This document shows, one piece after another, positions 58,711 through 64,000 of a DNA stretch of 64,000 nt. Source of the stretch: Eledone cirrhosa (Eukaryota). How positions within the stretch are numbered: the first letter of the stretch is position 1; each line of letters begins with the position of its first letter. The stretch spans positions 36,394,001 through 36,458,000 of the forward strand of contig OZ024748.1 of assembly GCA_964016885.1 (NCBI GenBank), written 5' to 3'. The notes under the pieces were generated by a model, which saw only the letters and a program-made list of their open reading frames with translations, was not told the DNA's origin and searched no databases. The position numbers were made by a program, and so were the translations under genes.

Positions 58711-61179
58711 ACACAACCTCACAGTCTTTCATAGTTATAATATAAGGTTAACAACACAACCTCACAGTCTTTCATAGTTATAATATAAGGTTAACAACAC
58801 AACCTCACAGTCTTTCATTGTTATAATATAAGGTTAACAACACAACCACACAGTCTGTCATAGTTATAATATAAGGTTAACAACACAACCACACAGTCTT
58901 TCATATTTATAATATAAGGTTAACAACACAACCTCACAGTCTCTCATAGTTATAATATAAGGTTAACAACACAACAACACAGTCTGTCATAGTTATAATA
59001 TAAGGTTAACAACAACACAAGCTCACAGTCTGTCATAGTTATAATATAAGGTTAACAACACAACCACACAGTCTCTCATAGTTATAATATAAGGTTAACA
59101 ACAACACCAGCTCACAGTCTGGCATAGTTATAATATAAGGTTAACAACACAACCACACTATCTGTCATAGTTATAATATAAGGTTAACAACACAACCTCA
59201 CAGTCTGTCATAGTTATAATATAAGGTTAACAACACAACCTTACAGTCTGTCATAGTTATAATATAAGGTTAACAACACAACCTCACAGTCTGTCATAGT
59301 TATAATATAAGCTTAACAACACAACCTCACAGTCTGTCATAGTTATAATATAAGGTTAACAACACAACCTCACAGTCTTTCATAGTTATAATATAAGGTT
59401 AACAACACAACAACACAGTCTGTCATAGTTATAATATAAGCTTAACAACACAACCACACAGTCTGTCATAGTTATAATATAAGGTTAGCAACACAACCTC
59501 ACAGTCTTTCATATTTATAATATAAGGTTAACAACACAACCACACAGTCTGCAATAGTTATAATAGAAGGTTAACAACAACACAAGCTCACAGTCTGTCA
59601 TAGTTATAATATAAGGTTAACAACACAACCACACAGTCTGTCATAGTTATAATATAAGGTTAACAACAACACCAGCTCACAGTCTGTCATAGTTATAATA
59701 TAAGGTTAACAACACAACCTCACAGTCTGTCATAGTTATAATAAAAGGTTAACAACACAACCTCACAGTCTGTCATAGTTATAATATAAGGTTAACAACA
59801 ACACAGCCTCACAGTCTGTCATAGTTATAACATAAGGTTAACAACACAACCTCACAGTCTGTCATAGTTATAATATAAGGTTAAGAACACAACCTCACAG
59901 TCTGTCATAGTTATAATATAAGGTTAACAACAACAACACAACCTCACAGTCTGTCATAGTTATAATATAAGGTTAACAACAACACAGCCTCACAGTCTGT
60001 CATAGTTATAATATAAGGTTAACAACAACAACACAACCTCACAGTCTTTCATAGTTATAATATAAGGTTAACAACACAACCTCACAGTCTGTCATAGTTA
60101 TAATATAAGGATAACAACACAACCTCACAGTCTGTCATAGTTATAATATAAGGTTAACAACACAACCTCACAGTCTGTCATAGTTATAATATAAGGTTAA
60201 CAACAACACAGCCTCACAGTCTGTCATAGTTATAATATAAGGTTAACAACAACACAGCCTCACAGTCTGTCATAGTTATAATATAAGGTTAACAACAACA
60301 ACACAACCTCACAGTCTGTCATTGTTATAATATAAGGTTAACAACACAACCTCACAGTCTGTCATAGTTATAATATAAGGTTAACAACACAACCTCACAG
60401 TCTGTCATAGTTATAATATAAGGTTAACAACAACACAACCTCACAGTCTGCCATAGTTATAATATAAGGTTAACAACACAACCTCACAGTCTTTCATAGT
60501 TATAAAATAAGGTTAACAACACAACCTCACAGTCTTTCATAGTTATAATATAAGGTTAACAACACAACCTCACAGTCTTTCATTGTTATAATATAAGGTT
60601 AACAACACAACCACACAGTCTGTCATAGTTATAATATAAGCTTAACAAAACAACCACACAGTCTGTCATAGTTATAATATAAGGTTAACAACACAACCTC
60701 ACAGTCTTTCATAGTTATAATATAAGGTTAACAACACAACCTCACAGTCTCTCATAGTTATAATATAAGGTTAACAACACAACCACACAGTCTGTCATAG
60801 TTATAATATAAGGTTAACAACAACACAAGCTCACAGTCTGTCATAGTTATAATATAAGGTTAACAACACAACCACACAGTCTGTCATAGTTATAATATAA
60901 GGTTAACAACAACACCAGCTCACAGTCTGTCATAGTTATAATATAAGCTTAACAACACAACCACACAGTCTGTCATAGTTATAATATAAGTTTAACAACA
61001 CAAACTCACAGTCTGTCATAGTTATAATATAAGGTTAACAACACAAGCTCACAGTCTGTCATAGTTATAATATAAGGTTAACAACAACACAAGCTCACAG
61101 TCTGTCATAGTTATAATATAAGGTTAACAACACAACCTCACAGTCTGTCATAGTTATAATATAAGGTTAACAATAACAC

Positions 61180-62840
61180 GACCTCACAGTCTGTCATAGT
61201 TATAATATAAGATTAACAACACAAACTCACAGTCTGTCATAGTTATAATATAAGGTTAACAACAACAACACAACCTCACAGTCTGTCATAGTTATAATAT
61301 AAGGTTAACAACAAGACAGCCACACAGTCTGTCATAGTTATAATATAAGGTTAACAACAACACAGCCACACAGTGTGTCATAGTTATAATATAAGTTTAA
61401 CAACACAACCTCACAGTCTGTCATAGTTATAATATAAGGTTAACAACACCACAACCTCACAGTCTGTCATAGTTATAATATAAGGTTAACAACACAACCT
61501 CACAGTCTGTCATAGTTATAATATAAGGTTAACAACAACACAACCTCACAGTCTGTCATAGTTATAATATATGGTTAACAACATAACCTCACAGTCTGTC
61601 ATAGTTATGATATAAGGTTAACAACAACACAACCACACAGTCTGTCATAGTTATAACATAAGGTTAACAACACAACCTCACAGTCTGTCATAGTTATAAT
61701 ATAAGGTTAACAACAACACAACCACACAGTCTGTCATAGTTATAATATAAGGTTAACAACAACACAACCACACAGTCTGTCATAGTTATAATATAAGGTT
61801 AACAACACAACCTCACAGTCTGTCATAGTTATAATATAAGTTTAACAACAACACAAGCTCACAGTCTGTCATAGTTATAATATAAGGTTAACAACAACAC
61901 AGCCTCACAGACTATCATAGTTATTATATAAAGTTAACAACACAACCTCACAGTCTGTCATAGTTATAATATAAGGTCAATAACACAACCTCACAGTCTG
62001 TCATAGTTATAATATAAGGTTAACAACACAACCTCACAGTCTGTCATAGTTATAATATAAGGTAAACAACACAACCTCACAGTCTGTCATAGTTATAATA
62101 TAAGATTAACAACACAAACTCACAGTCTGTCATAGTTATAATATAAGGTTAACAACAACAACACAACCTCACAGTCTGTCATAGTTATAATATAAGGTTA
62201 ACAACAAGACAGCCACACAGTCTGTCATAGTTATAATATAAGGTTAACAACAACACAGCCACACAGTGTGTCATAGTTATAATATAAGGTTAACAACACA
62301 ACCTCACAGTCTGTCATAGTTATAATATAAGGTTAACAACACCACAACCTCACAGTCTGTCATAGTTATAATATAAGGTTAACAACACAACCTCACAGTC
62401 TGTCATAGTTATAATATAAGGTTAACAACAACACAACCTCACAGTCTGTCATAGTTATAATATATGGTTAACAACATAACCTCACAGTCTGTCATAGTTA
62501 TGATATAAGGTTAACAACAACACAACCACACAGTCTGTCATAGTTATAACATAAGGTTAACAACACAACCTCACAGTCTGTCATAGTTATAATATAAGGT
62601 TAACAACAACACAACCACACAGTCTGTCATAGTTATAATATAAGGTTAACAACAACACAACCACACAGTCTGTCATAGTTATAATATAAGGTTAACAACA
62701 CAACCTCACAGTCTGTCATAGTTATAATATAAGTTTAACAACAACACAAGCTCACAGTCTGTCATAGTTATAATATAAGGTTAACAACAACACAGCCTCA
62801 CAGACTATCATAGTTATTATATAAAGTTAACAACACAACA
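61180..62840. repeat. Higher-order tandem duplication, offset 893 bp
   Basis: GATTAACAACACAAACT at 61211/62104 and ACTATCATAG at 61911/62804. Confidence 0.88.
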
Positions 62841-64000
62841 ACACAGTCTGTTATAGTTATAATATAAGCTTAACGACACAACCACACAGTCTGTCATAGT
62901 TATAATATAAGGTTAAAAACACAACCTCACAGTCTTTCATATTTATAATATAAGGTTAACAACACAACCTCACAGTCTCTCATAGTTATAATATAAGGTT
63001 AACAACACAACCACACAGTCTGTCATAGTTATAATATAAGGTTAACAACAACACAAGCTCACAGTCTGTCATAGTTATAATATAAGGTTAACAACACAAC
63101 CACACAGTCTGTCATAGTTATAATATAAGGTTAACAACAACACCAGCTCACAGTCTGGCATAGTTATAACATAAGGTTAACAACACAACCTCACAGTCTG
63201 TCATAGTTATAATATAAGGTTAAGAACACAACCTCACAGTCTGTCATAGTTATAATATAAGGTTAACAACAACAACACAACCTCACAGTCTGTCATAGTT
63301 ATAATATAAGGTTAACAACAACACAGCCTCACAGTCTGTCATAGTTATAATATAAGGTTAACAACAACAACACAACCTCACAGTCTGTCATAGTTATAAT
63401 ATAAGGTTAACAACACAACCTCACAGTCTGTCATAGTTATAATATAAGGATAACAACACAACCTCACAGTCTGTCATAGTTATAATATAAGGTTAACAAC
63501 ACAACCTCACAGTCTGTCATAGTTATAATATAAGGTTAACAACAACACAGCCTCACAGTCTGTCATAGTTATAATATAAGGTTAACAACAACACAGCCTC
63601 ACAGTCTGTCATAGTTATAATATAAGGTTAACAACAACAACACAACCTCACAGTCTGTCATTGTTATAATATAAGGTTAACAACACAACCTCACAGTCTG
63701 TCATAGTTATAATATAAGGTTAACAACACAACCTCACAGTCTGTCATAGTTATAATATAAGGTTAACAACAACACAACCTCACAGTCTGCCATAGTTATA
63801 ATATAAGGTTAACAACACAACCTCACAGTCTTTCATAGTTATAAAATAAGGTTAACAACACAACCTCACAGTCTTTCATAGTTATAATATAAGGTTAACA
63901 ACACAACCTCACAGTCTTTCATTGTTATAATATAAGGTTAACAACACAACCACACAGTCTGTCATAGTTATAATATAAGTTTAACAACACAACCACACAG

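Larger units (their letters stand above)
40538..64000. repeat. 43-bp tandem satellite/minisatellite array, right of the SINE insertion (runs off the window end)
   Basis: Same monomer and orientation; it resumes at TGTCATAGTTATAAT (40538) and continues to base 64000. Confidence 0.99.

Noticed and set aside
1-64000. CRISPR array
   Set aside because: The repeats are head-to-tail with no unique spacers and there are no cas genes or leader. The single insert has a partial-monomer TSD and Pol III boxes, not spacer features.
1-64000. Repetitive protein-coding ORF
   Set aside because: The consensus monomer has stops in two plus-strand frames, and the 43-bp period shifts the open frame into a stop in the next unit. 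All three minus-strand frames contain stops.
1-64000. Telomeric repeat (TAAGGTT resembles TTAGG/TTAGGG)
   Set aside because: Only one degenerate motif per 43-bp unit, with no tandem G-rich hexamer or pentamer tract.

Overview
The window is almost entirely one AT-rich (~33% GC) eukaryotic tandem satellite/minisatellite array of roughly 1,450 monomers. The consensus monomer is 43 bp (AACACAACCTCACAGTCTGTCATAGTTATAATATAAGGTTAAC), with 41-, 46- and 49-bp length variants. There are no protein-coding genes and it is not a CRISPR array. The only non-satellite sequence is a 187-bp insertion at 40351-40537. It looks like a tRNA-derived SINE on the minus strand: it has A and B boxes, a central segment resembling the Meta/MESC SINE domain (recalled as octopus/mollusc-like, not verified), and a 15-bp target-site duplication. 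Paralogous empty sites for this insertion occur in the same window at 41845-41859 and 52780-52794. Diagnostic monomer variants reveal nested multi-kb duplications with offsets of about 0.8, 0.9, 1.3, 1.4, 1.6, 1.7, 2.0, 2.1, 2.5, 3.0, 3.3, 4.1 and 10.9 kb. I found no evidence for a new protein-based system; the interest lies in the retroposition event and the array's duplication history.
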